DNA of 37,189 nucleotides. Origin: a virus. Lineage: Duplodnaviria > Caudoviricetes. The DNA lies in IMG/VR virus record IMGVR_UViG_3300014168_000009, positions 1 to 37,189 of that record; one strand, given 5' to 3'. This document shows, one piece after another, positions 1 to 6,646 of this stretch (position 1 is its first letter; every line of letters begins with the position of its first letter). The notes below the pieces were generated by a model. It worked only from the letters and a program-made list of their open reading frames with translations, had not been told where the DNA came from and did not search any database. The translations under genes were made by a program, and so were the position numbers.

Positions 1-423
1 AATTGGCTTTTTTCTCTTTGAAATATAAGGATGGGATTCTTTATATTTTCTCTGATATGATAGTATTCTTTCTTTATATCGCTCATATTGGGCGTGGGAA
101 TTAGCCTTAAAGAGGATAGGGTCTTGCTCTTTCCTTTCCTTAATTCTATTCATATTCCTAATATTCACACATTTTTTACATTGATGCTTTCTTCCATGAT
201 TAAGATTACTACTTAGACTAAACTCAGTCTCATGCTTACATTCATTACAAATAGTGCAGACAATCGTATGAGAAGTGAACTCAGTCAGACCAGATTCAAG
301 AAGACTTTGCTCCATATCCACTAATAAGCCCATCTCGTTACTCCATCGATTCAGACCAGCCGCATCAAGAGGTTTGTGTTTGAGCAAATACTTAATTTTG
401 AGACGGATTTTATCTAGGTTCAT
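1..423 (-). CDS. Partial CDS (runs off left edge): CxxC...CxxC zinc-finger protein of the type found N-terminal to phage HNH/EndoVII nucleases
   Basis: Not in ORF track. Manual translation from ATG at 423: MNLDKIRLKIKYLLKHKP...VCTICNECKHETEFSLSSNLNHGRKHQCKKCVNIRN..., open to position 1. Confidence 0.7.
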   Translation of the reverse strand, partial: MNLDKIRLKIKYLLKHKPLDAAGLNRWSNEMGLLVDMEQSLLESGLTEFTSHTIVCTICNECKHETEFSLSSNLNHGRKHQCKKCVNIRNMNRIKERKEQDPILFKANSHAQYERYKERILSYQRKYKESHPYISKRKKPI

Positions 424-428
424 GATGC

Positions 429-683
429 CTATTCCTTGTAAGATTGGTTAAACTTTATAATTGCTGTAATGTAGTTATCTGGGTCAAACCCTTCTCGGGC
501 CGCATAGACCCTCAGCAAAGAGTTTAGCACCCAATCAAGCTGACTATCGGGGAATTGAATCCATGCCATTTGAGATTGGGGATTTTGACCAACGACAGTA
601 ATTAACTTATCCCTCTCCATGATGCCCATGTCAGACTCTCCTGGGTCGAGGGAACGACACTCATGTGTGATACTTGAAAACAT
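429..683 (-). CDS. Hypothetical 84-aa beta-rich protein, paralog of 36058-36324
   Basis: Start moved to ATG 683 (AAGGAG SD). Near-identical protein at 36058-36324 with mostly synonymous differences. Confidence 0.85.
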   Translation of the reverse strand: MFSSITHECRSLDPGESDMGIMERDKLITVVGQNPQSQMAWIQFPDSQLDWVLNSLLRVYAAREGFDPDNYITAIIKFNQSYKE

Positions 684-729
684 ATATGCTCCTTGAGCGT
701 TAGGGCTGATAGGTTCAGCGAGACCTTTT

Positions 730-1521
730 TTAGTCCTCATCATCTTTTGGAACATTCAGCAACCAAGGCGGAGTTTTCAAGGGATTATGAAGATCGGCCA
801 AGTTTTCCGCCGTCATTTTTTCTGAAAGAGCGGCAACTTGAATTGGACTGAGTGAGCTAGATTCAGCAAGCTGTGTGGGAAGGAGAATATCCGTGTCATC
901 ATATCGAGTAACTCCTTCTTTCTCCCATTTAAGCTCTATTACTTGGGCTGCGGCCATCGCAGCCTTGTACCAGTCAGTCATCGCATTGGATTCAAACAAC
1001 AATTCCCGTTTGATTTGAGGGCAGACCAAAAAGGTGAGTCGATTAAGCAAACTTCGTTGCTCGATGATACTGACGAGGGTGTCAAATCCTTTAGCGAAAA
1101 AGTTCCAACTGATCATCTTGATGCTCAATAGGTCTGGAGTCAACAATTTAGGAAATCCTTCGTACCATGCGATGTTGATAGCTTCCTGGGGACTAACTTC
1201 AGACCATTTGAAGTTGCGATTTTGTCTCATTCGGTCTAAGAGAAATCGTCGCAGATGAATATCATAGACACAGAGCCTACCCACCGGTAATTGCTGAGCC
1301 TTAATTAACCATCCCCCACCCATATCCAGAGATTTATTGAGTTTACTCGGTGATTTCAAGAGCGGAAGATTAACCAAATGTTTGAAGTTTCTTCGCAAAG
1401 TGCAATCACATTGACGTGCCGTGCCATTAGGGAGATGAATTAGGCCATTCCCTTGGGTGCATTCTGGGCAGACGGTAAAAGGTTTAGGCATTTCCATTAA
1501 GTTTAGGTCAATCAGATACAT
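730..1521 (-). CDS. DnaC/DnaI-like helicase-loader homolog with N-terminal zinc finger and degenerate Walker A/B
   Basis: CPEC...CDC zinc motif; DLLSIKM at the Walker B position; TLVSIIEQR...TFLV resembles the DnaC 'iid.Ry...tiiTtN' segment; no GKS/T. Confidence 0.55.
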   Translation of the reverse strand: MYLIDLNLMEMPKPFTVCPECTQGNGLIHLPNGTARQCDCTLRRNFKHLVNLPLLKSPSKLNKSLDMGGGWLIKAQQLPVGRLCVYDIHLRRFLLDRMRQNRNFKWSEVSPQEAINIAWYEGFPKLLTPDLLSIKMISWNFFAKGFDTLVSIIEQRSLLNRLTFLVCPQIKRELLFESNAMTDWYKAAMAAAQVIELKWEKEGVTRYDDTDILLPTQLAESSSLSPIQVAALSEKMTAENLADLHNPLKTPPWLLNVPKDDED

Positions 1522-1973
1522 CAGTTTCCCCCTTCTAGGTTTTCTTCTTCTTCTTCGACCGAATCACCTTTTCCATGCTTGGCTCCGCTATGACCGTTCT
1601 TTCTAGCCAGTGCCTTCATTCGTTCAACCTGCTCTAAAACCTCATCTCTAAAACTATGCCAGTAGAAGCGAAGCCCAATCCACTCCTCTGGAGTGAAGCC
1701 GACTCGTTGGGCTTGGAAGACTAAATCACTTGGCCATTCCGGAGCATCAGGGCAGCGATACTCCACCCCATCAAGAGTCCTCATTTCTGAACGAAATAAA
1801 TAAGTTGCGGCCCGAACCATCCGACCAACTGTTTCATCAGAGGCATCAGTATCGAGAACAGCTTTTATACTAATTGGAACCCTCACGATTGGTTCTCTTC
1901 GATTACGTTTTGGATTAAAATCTTTAACCATATTTGGCTCCTGATGTCGAAATTGCAAGACAGCGGCGGCCAT
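1521..1973 (-). CDS. Putative replication-initiator N-terminal-like protein (YdaU/DUF1376-like), short
   Basis: DT..SDE.VG ... P..... AQRVGFTPEEW ... ARKNGHSG pattern; TGATG coupling to the DnaC-like gene. Confidence 0.4.
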   Translation of the reverse strand: MAAAVLQFRHQEPNMVKDFNPKRNRREPIVRVPISIKAVLDTDASDETVGRMVRAATYLFRSEMRTLDGVEYRCPDAPEWPSDLVFQAQRVGFTPEEWIGLRFYWHSFRDEVLEQVERMKALARKNGHSGAKHGKGDSVEEEEENLEGGN

Positions 1974-1975
1974 AA

Positions 1976-2203
1976 TTACTTATCTCTCCAAATCCGAAAG
2001 CCGGAAATCTGAGTCCGATAGAGAAAATGCTGGTCGTTCTTCCTCCCATATTTTGCCAAATGAGTCGCAAGTCTAGCAGCCTGTAGCTTTCGAGGGGTCA
2101 GCAAGTCAAAATCAAGCAGGTAGGAGTCTCCAATCTCCATCTGCTCAAGTGGAACTTCGTCATCGAAGGTGGGAAGGGGGATATTTTTTTCAATCGGGTT
2201 CAT
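1976..2203 (-). CDS. Small putative DNA-binding phage protein
   Basis: IEKNIPLP...MEIGDSY...GFRIWR pattern common in small phage proteins; AGGAG SD. Confidence 0.65.
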   Translation of the reverse strand: MNPIEKNIPLPTFDDEVPLEQMEIGDSYLLDFDLLTPRKLQAARLATHLAKYGRKNDQHFLYRTQISGFRIWRDK

Positions 2204-2222
2204 CTGTTTGTCTCCTATAGAA

Positions 2223-2232
2223 ATGTTACTCG
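2223..2232 (-). promoter_or_regulatory. Putative early promoter, CGAG-TAACAT
   Basis: Same motif recurs at 4662, 33576, 34392 and 34783, always upstream of a - strand unit. Confidence 0.5.
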
Positions 2233-2308
2233 ATATCTTAGGAAAAGATATTCAGAAATGTTCGCTAGTTACATTTTTTCTCGTATGTCCATTTGGTTAG
2301 TATGTAAA

Positions 2309-2486
2309 ATGGCAACACTCGTTGCCACTCGGTTCCACTGGCAGCACTCGGCAACTAAATGAAGAAGGTAAGTAGATATTCTATTACGTTTAGTTGCCAC
2401 TTGTTTCCTTCGTTGTCGTTCGTTACCGAGTGGCAACGAGTGTTGCCATCGTTGTCGTGTGCTGCCGTTGGCAGCGTGTGGCAACT
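2309..2486. repeat. Phased GGCARC/GYTGCC array with a perfect 25-bp inverted repeat; candidate replication origin
   Basis: Arms 2309-2333 and 2425-2449 are exact reverse complements; inner IR 2350-2359/2389-2398; hexamers spaced about 10 bp. Confidence 0.75.
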
Positions 2487-2705
2487 AATCATAATAGAAT
2501 ACAATAAATTGTAGTCCATCCTGTCCTATCGACCGATTCAACATAGCCCCCCAGCCCCCAATCGATATTTTTTTCACGATAAGATGCCCCAGGATCAGAG
2601 TTGACCTCTGGGATATCCTAGGAGAGGCCGGTGCCGGTTCCGAGTCTCCTGTACAAAGCTAGGGCACCCTGCGGTGCCCTTCTGGTCTACTCTGGACTGG
2701 TCTGA

Positions 2706-2834
2706 CTAGAGGTGGTCGAAGACGATCAAGACCACGCAACATACCAAGGCCACGCCGATTATCAAAACGTAATCGACCCAAGTGGCAGGAGTCGCAGAGT
2801 TCCAATCGAATGCCGTGATATAAGCTAGATTCAT
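2706..2834 (-). CDS. 42-aa single-TM membrane peptide
   Basis: ATGA overlap with upstream gene; hydrophobic VLIIGVALVCCVVLIVF. Confidence 0.55.
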   Translation of the reverse strand: MNLAYITAFDWNSATPATWVDYVLIIGVALVCCVVLIVFDHL

Positions 2835-3025
2835 TTCCTGGCCTCCAGGAGACGTTCTCTCTGCCTCAAGAGGATCATCACACCCTCCGACTCCTCCGGA
2901 GCCTCCTGGACCCTCCGGGGGGCCTTGGCGACCCATTCCGCCAGCTCTTCTGAACTGTATTTCTGGATCCCACCCTCCGCCAGATCCGCATCGAAATCGT
3001 AATAATCATACTTGGGGTCAATCAT
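2831..3025 (-). CDS. Hypothetical 64-aa protein, paralog of 4064-4267
   Basis: Shared YDYY..D...EG...EW.AKAPRRVQ...SEGVM.LL..R.RLLE.R. Confidence 0.75.
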   Translation of the reverse strand: MIDPKYDYYDFDADLAEGGIQKYSSEELAEWVAKAPRRVQEAPEESEGVMILLRQRERLLEARK

Positions 3026-3040
3026 GTTGAATCTTTCTAT

Positions 3041-3070
3041 AAAGAAGGCCCCCATCAATGGCTGGGGGCC
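3041..3070 (-). terminator. Putative intrinsic terminator
   Basis: GGCCCCCA/TGGGGGCC stem followed by TTCTTT on the - strand. Confidence 0.6.
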
Positions 3071-3077
3071 GGTGCCC

Positions 3078-3524
3078 TTACCGCTGGAAGCTGAGTCTGA
3101 AGTCCTGACAGGCTTCGCGCATTTCCATGATGCCTCGGATTTGCTCCCGCTGCCGAACGCTCAGCCGTTCCTTGGCGAACTGGAACCGCTTGCGATCCAG
3201 TTCCGCATCCTCAGTGGGTCTGAAGTTGAGCCGCATCCGCAGGACAGGCTTCCCGTCTTCCTCGTCCTGTGGGACTGTGGCCATATCCACCCAGAGCAGC
3301 AGGGTGTTAAACACTTTCCGGTCCAGTTGCTTCTGGAAGATCCGGTTCCCATCTGAGACCTCAGCCCAGAAGGAATCGACTCCGATCAGTTGCTTCGCCC
3401 AGATGGGGAACCATTTCGGGGTGGTGAATCGATTGGTCTTGAATCTCAGATTCAGCCACTTCTGGCAGCGGCACAGAGCCGTCAGCTTGGTGATGAGGTA
3501 GATTTCAGTTTCGTGGTTGTTCAT
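3078..3524 (-). CDS. Hypothetical 148-aa protein
   Basis: Start moved to ATG 3524 (GGAGG SD); own promoter and terminator. Confidence 0.75.
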   Translation of the reverse strand: MNNHETEIYLITKLTALCRCQKWLNLRFKTNRFTTPKWFPIWAKQLIGVDSFWAEVSDGNRIFQKQLDRKVFNTLLLWVDMATVPQDEEDGKPVLRMRLNFRPTEDAELDRKRFQFAKERLSVRQREQIRGIMEMREACQDFRLSFQR

Positions 3525-3552
3525 GGTGTTGCCTCCATAACTAATAATGCCA

Positions 3553-3597
3553 CGATTCATGATATTTCGCAACTTATATTTTTTCCCATGATTCAAT
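3553..3597 (-). promoter_or_regulatory. 45-bp exact direct repeat, copy 1, containing -35 TTGCGA
   Basis: Identical to 4670-4714; TTGCGA-N17-CATTAT with a TG extension. Confidence 0.75.
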
Positions 3598-3668
3598 TCT
3601 GTATCCGTGTATCTGTATTTCTATATGTTTCAAGGGTTTCTCAAAATAGGTCGGAAAGGGAGATGCTT

Positions 3669-4067
3669 TTACTGGTATCCGACGGGCACCAGCCCCTCCC
3701 TAAAATCGGCTTCATCCATTAATTTCAGGATACCTTCGATGAGAGGGCAAGTAGGTGCCTCGATTAATTTTTCCTCATCCAAACGGGAAGTGGAGAAGCA
3801 CGCATACTCTTCTGATTTTTTCGCATACTCTTTTATTTCATCGTCAGCATCATCATCATCATAAAACTTTCCGCAATCGACATTACTGTCCGAACCGGCT
3901 TCCTCGAATTGTCCAAGGAACAAAAGCTCTTCCAGAGTGAGCCCCCTAGAGCCCGCGTAGCCCATTATATTTCCAATCCGCACTTCCAACTCTGCACCTT
4001 CCACATCTCCTGCGAGAAAGGCTTCACGTGTCTTCCACCAAATATAGACTGTTGCGCTGGCCATCAT
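3669..4067 (-). CDS. Acidic hypothetical protein, 132 aa
   Basis: Overlaps upstream stop, GGGGG SD; about 30 D/E versus 12 K/R. Confidence 0.75.
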   Translation of the reverse strand: MMASATVYIWWKTREAFLAGDVEGAELEVRIGNIMGYAGSRGLTLEELLFLGQFEEAGSDSNVDCGKFYDDDDADDEIKEYAKKSEEYACFSTSRLDEEKLIEAPTCPLIEGILKLMDEADFREGLVPVGYQ

Positions 4068-4267
4068 CGGCCCCCTTCCCTACGTTCCAGGAGACGCCTT
4101 CGCTCCGCTAGGAGCATCATCACACCCTCCGAGAGCTTTGACTCGTCCTGGACCCTCCTGGGAGCCTTGGCGAGCCATTCCTCTCGCTCTTCGAAACTCA
4201 TTTCGTAAAGGTTGCTGCCTTCGAGGTCGAAAACATAATAATCGTATTGGTCTTTTTGCATGTCCAT
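4064..4267 (-). CDS. Hypothetical 67-aa protein, paralog of 2831-3025
   Basis: GGGAG SD; shared motifs with its paralog. Confidence 0.8.
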   Translation of the reverse strand: MDMQKDQYDYYVFDLEGSNLYEMSFEEREEWLAKAPRRVQDESKLSEGVMMLLAERRRLLERREGGR

Positions 4268-4335
4268 TTTGGACTCCCTGATGATGAAATGCCCATATTT
4301 GAGAGGCTTTTGGGCGAGCCTATCTGATGAGTAGA

Positions 4336-4611
4336 TTATTCTTCGACATCTGCCATCGTGGCTATATACTCACCGCAAACCCGTCCGCAATCCGTATACA
4401 TGGGCATAAACAGTGCCCACTCACCCCCCGTCATTTGCTCGAAGCCAAACTGCTTCGCATCCGCCTCCGAATGGAAGATTGGGAAGTATCCCCAACCGTC
4501 TCCTGTCTCGCGGTAGTCTATCCACGCAGCCATCGACTCAGCCGATTTGAAATCAATATCTTCCATCCATTTAAGTTCGTTGATAAATGACACTTGAATT
4601 TTAACCTTCAT
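4336..4611 (-). CDS. Acidic hypothetical protein, 91 aa
   Basis: GGAG SD; first gene after the repeated promoter. Confidence 0.75.
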   Translation of the reverse strand: MKVKIQVSFINELKWMEDIDFKSAESMAAWIDYRETGDGWGYFPIFHSEADAKQFGFEQMTGGEWALFMPMYTDCGRVCGEYIATMADVEE

Positions 4612-4661
4612 TTTGCTCTCCGTTTGAGGGGTTGGTCGGCTTCTCCTCTTGCCCTACATAT

Positions 4662-4714
4662 ATGATACTCGATTCATGATATTTCGCAACTTATATTTTT
4701 TCCCATGATTCAAT
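4662..4714 (-). promoter_or_regulatory. 45-bp exact direct repeat, copy 2 (4670-4714), plus CGAG-TATCAT -10
   Basis: TTGCGA-N16-TATCAT; identical to 3553-3597. Confidence 0.75.
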
Positions 4715-4741
4715 AATGGAGATTTTCGCTTTTTTTCCAGG

Positions 4742-4785
4742 GTGTACCCCCCATCATCATGGTATTTGTGTTAAATGGTTTATCA
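4742..4785. repeat. Imperfect 44-bp repeat, copy 1 (GTGTACCCCCCATC...)
   Basis: 34/44 identical to 5544-5587 by eye; first 14 nt exact. Confidence 0.7.
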
Positions 4786-4808
4786 TTTAACACATTCGTC
4801 CGCAACAA

Positions 4809-5231
4809 CTATTTCTTCGACCGCCTTCTTGGGGACGATCTCTTCATCACTAAAGCTATAAAAACTTTGGCCAAGCGGTCAGCTTCGACCCTATCCGCGA
4901 TGGCAAACTCACGCTTCTCCTTAGCTGTTTTCCGCTTCATCCGCTGGATATCGAGGAATATCCCCTCTCTGATATCCACTTCTTGGTCCGGAACCTCTTC
5001 CACCTTTCGACCGCAGCGTTCAGCCAGATGATTTCTGACGCATCTGTTCAATCGGCGCATGAAATCTTTCACACTACTGGACCAGATCAAATCATTTGCG
5101 AACATCCCATAGGTCTCCGCCATCTGAACCATTTCCAGATCAGTCTTGGGAGCGGGGATTTCAATTCGAAGGAGCCGACCAGTGGAAGTCGGAGGGGAAG
5201 GAAGGTTATGGGAACCGTAGGATCGGCGCAT
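4809..5231 (-). CDS. Hypothetical basic protein, about 140 aa
   Basis: TGATG coupling at 5231; start uncertain. Confidence 0.6.
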   Translation of the reverse strand: MRRSYGSHNLPSPPTSTGRLLRIEIPAPKTDLEMVQMAETYGMFANDLIWSSSVKDFMRRLNRCVRNHLAERCGRKVEEVPDQEVDIREGIFLDIQRMKRKTAKEKREFAIADRVEADRLAKVFIALVMKRSSPRRRSKK

Positions 5232-5437
5232 CAGATTCTCGCAATCCCGCAATGAGGACGGAACAGATAGGATTTCCCGTTCAGACCCATCAGCAGGCAG
5301 CCATCCTGACTGCCGTAGGGGAACGTATCGTTGAGGGTCTTATCCGTCTTCGGGATGAAGCTATGAACCGTCAGCCTGAGAAACCCCACCTGAACGGTCT
5401 GTCCGACTTCCCAGGTCTGCTTTGATTTCTGAATCAT
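5231..5437 (-). CDS. Conserved-looking small phage hypothetical protein
   Basis: GGAGG SD before ATG 5437; Q.W.VG..V.VGFL...Y.F.PH.G pattern seen in other phages. Confidence 0.75.
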   Translation of the reverse strand: MIQKSKQTWEVGQTVQVGFLRLTVHSFIPKTDKTLNDTFPYGSQDGCLLMGLNGKSYLFRPHCGIARI

Positions 5438-5454
5438 CTCATCCTCCATGACTT

Positions 5455-5465
5455 ATCATACCACA
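5455..5465 (-). promoter_or_regulatory. Extended -10 promoter TGTGgTATGAT
   Basis: Matches TRTGnTATAAT; heads the leftward early region. Confidence 0.6.
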
Positions 5466-5543
5466 AAATCCGCAAAAATGGTTAACAATATTTTCGATAA
5501 TGTATTTATAGCAGTTATGTCCAAAATGGGCAATATACTCCCA

Positions 5544-5587
5544 GTGTACCCCCCATCGTCGTGATTTTTGCATTGAATTATTTATTA
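5544..5587. repeat. Imperfect 44-bp repeat, copy 2
   Basis: See 4742-4785. Confidence 0.7.
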
Positions 5588-5620
5588 GAGGAATAGAGGA
5601 CAGGGAATTTTTCCCACCCC

Positions 5621-5677
5621 ATGTGACGCATTACGTCACTTTTTAAAAACTTCTCCAATGTGACGCATTACGTCACT
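5621..5677. promoter_or_regulatory. Pair of identical 20-bp operator-like palindromes (GTGACG-N5-CGTCAC)
   Basis: ATGTGACGCATTACGTCACT at 5621-5640 and 5658-5677, in the early/late divergence. Confidence 0.7.
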
Positions 5678-5742
5678 CTGAAATCAAAACAGAAGTTCTG
5701 CCAATATTTTTGAAATATCTGACCCATAAAAGGAGATTCCCG

Positions 5743-6033
5743 ATGAAAATTAATTTCAATCTGCCCTTGAAACAGTATGATGGCGAGCCTTACTTGATGA
5801 ACGGAGAGCCTCTCACCCTCTGCAAGGCCATCCAGACAGCCCTGATTACCTCTCTGGAGTCAGACCGTGCGTTGACCCCTACTCAGATGTACGACCTCGG
5901 CCAGATAGGTCAAATAGCCCAGAATGATGGTTCAGTCACCACCAACCAGATTGGCCAGATCAAGGATCGTCTCGCCAAGGTATTCGTGCCTGCCCTCGTC
6001 TATCAGATGTTCAATTTGCTTGAGGGTGAGTAA
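5743..6033 (+). CDS. Phage hypothetical protein, 96 aa
   Basis: AGGAG SD before ATG 5743; first late-strand gene. Confidence 0.75.
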   Translation: MKINFNLPLKQYDGEPYLMNGEPLTLCKAIQTALITSLESDRALTPTQMYDLGQIGQIAQNDGSVTTNQIGQIKDRLAKVFVPALVYQMFNLLEGE

Positions 6034-6034
6034 A

Positions 6035-6319
6035 ATGCCACTCTATCCTAGACGTTGCGAATGCGGGTACGAGACGGAGCAGATCGAGTCAATTTCCGCC
6101 GAAGAGGTGACAGAATGTCCCCAATGTCATAAAATCTCGTTCAAAAAACGGATTACCGCACCCTCTTTTGTGCGCATGGCGAATGAAGGTGCTACCGATG
6201 TGTACAACGAAGTCGAAAGACGGCGTGAGAAAGCATCGCAAGGCCATGGAACCACCACGATAAAAGCTAGCTATGACAAGTGGGGTTTGCATGAAGACGA
6301 AGTTATAACCAATAAGTAA
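6035..6319 (+). CDS. FmdB-family zinc-ribbon protein
   Basis: MPLY..RC.CG...E...CPQC...K.I.AP pattern; start moved to 6035. Confidence 0.75.
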   Translation: MPLYPRRCECGYETEQIESISAEEVTECPQCHKISFKKRITAPSFVRMANEGATDVYNEVERRREKASQGHGTTTIKASYDKWGLHEDEVITNK

Positions 6320-6334
6320 AAGAAACCCAATCCT

Positions 6335-6646
6335 ATGTCAAACCTCAATCCAGAAACTGAAGGCAAACTTCCGAAGCGTGGTCCTGGCAGACCCAAGGGA
6401 GTTCCTAACAAGTTCACAGGTGATTTGAGAGCCGCAATTCTTGCATCTGCTGATAGTTATGAGGATCCTGAGACTGGTAAACGTGGTGTCATTGCTTATC
6501 TGGAACAATTACGAGACTCTTATCCGAAATCCTATTGCGGCCTGTTAGCTCGTATTATTCCTCAGATTACCCAGATCAGCGGAGACCCCAGCCTCCCAGC
6601 CATCCGTATCAGCTTCGAAAAGCCCGATGACAGCCCCAAAGATTAG
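6335..6646 (+). CDS. Putative terminase small subunit
   Basis: GPGRPKGVPNK motif; overlaps the TerL start. Confidence 0.6.
   Translation: MSNLNPETEGKLPKRGPGRPKGVPNKFTGDLRAAILASADSYEDPETGKRGVIAYLEQLRDSYPKSYCGLLARIIPQITQISGDPSLPAIRISFEKPDDSPKD

Noticed and set aside
2269-2484. 71-aa ORF, or CRISPR array, over the repeat region
   Set aside because: TTG start without SD, and the translation simply mirrors the hexamer repeats. There is no repeat-spacer periodicity.
4278-4345. CUGAUGA...GAAA hammerhead ribozyme
   Set aside because: The first copy has no stem II before GAAA and the second has no properly placed GAAA.
5621-5677. Canonical CRP sites
   Set aside because: Half-site spacing is 9 bp, not 6.
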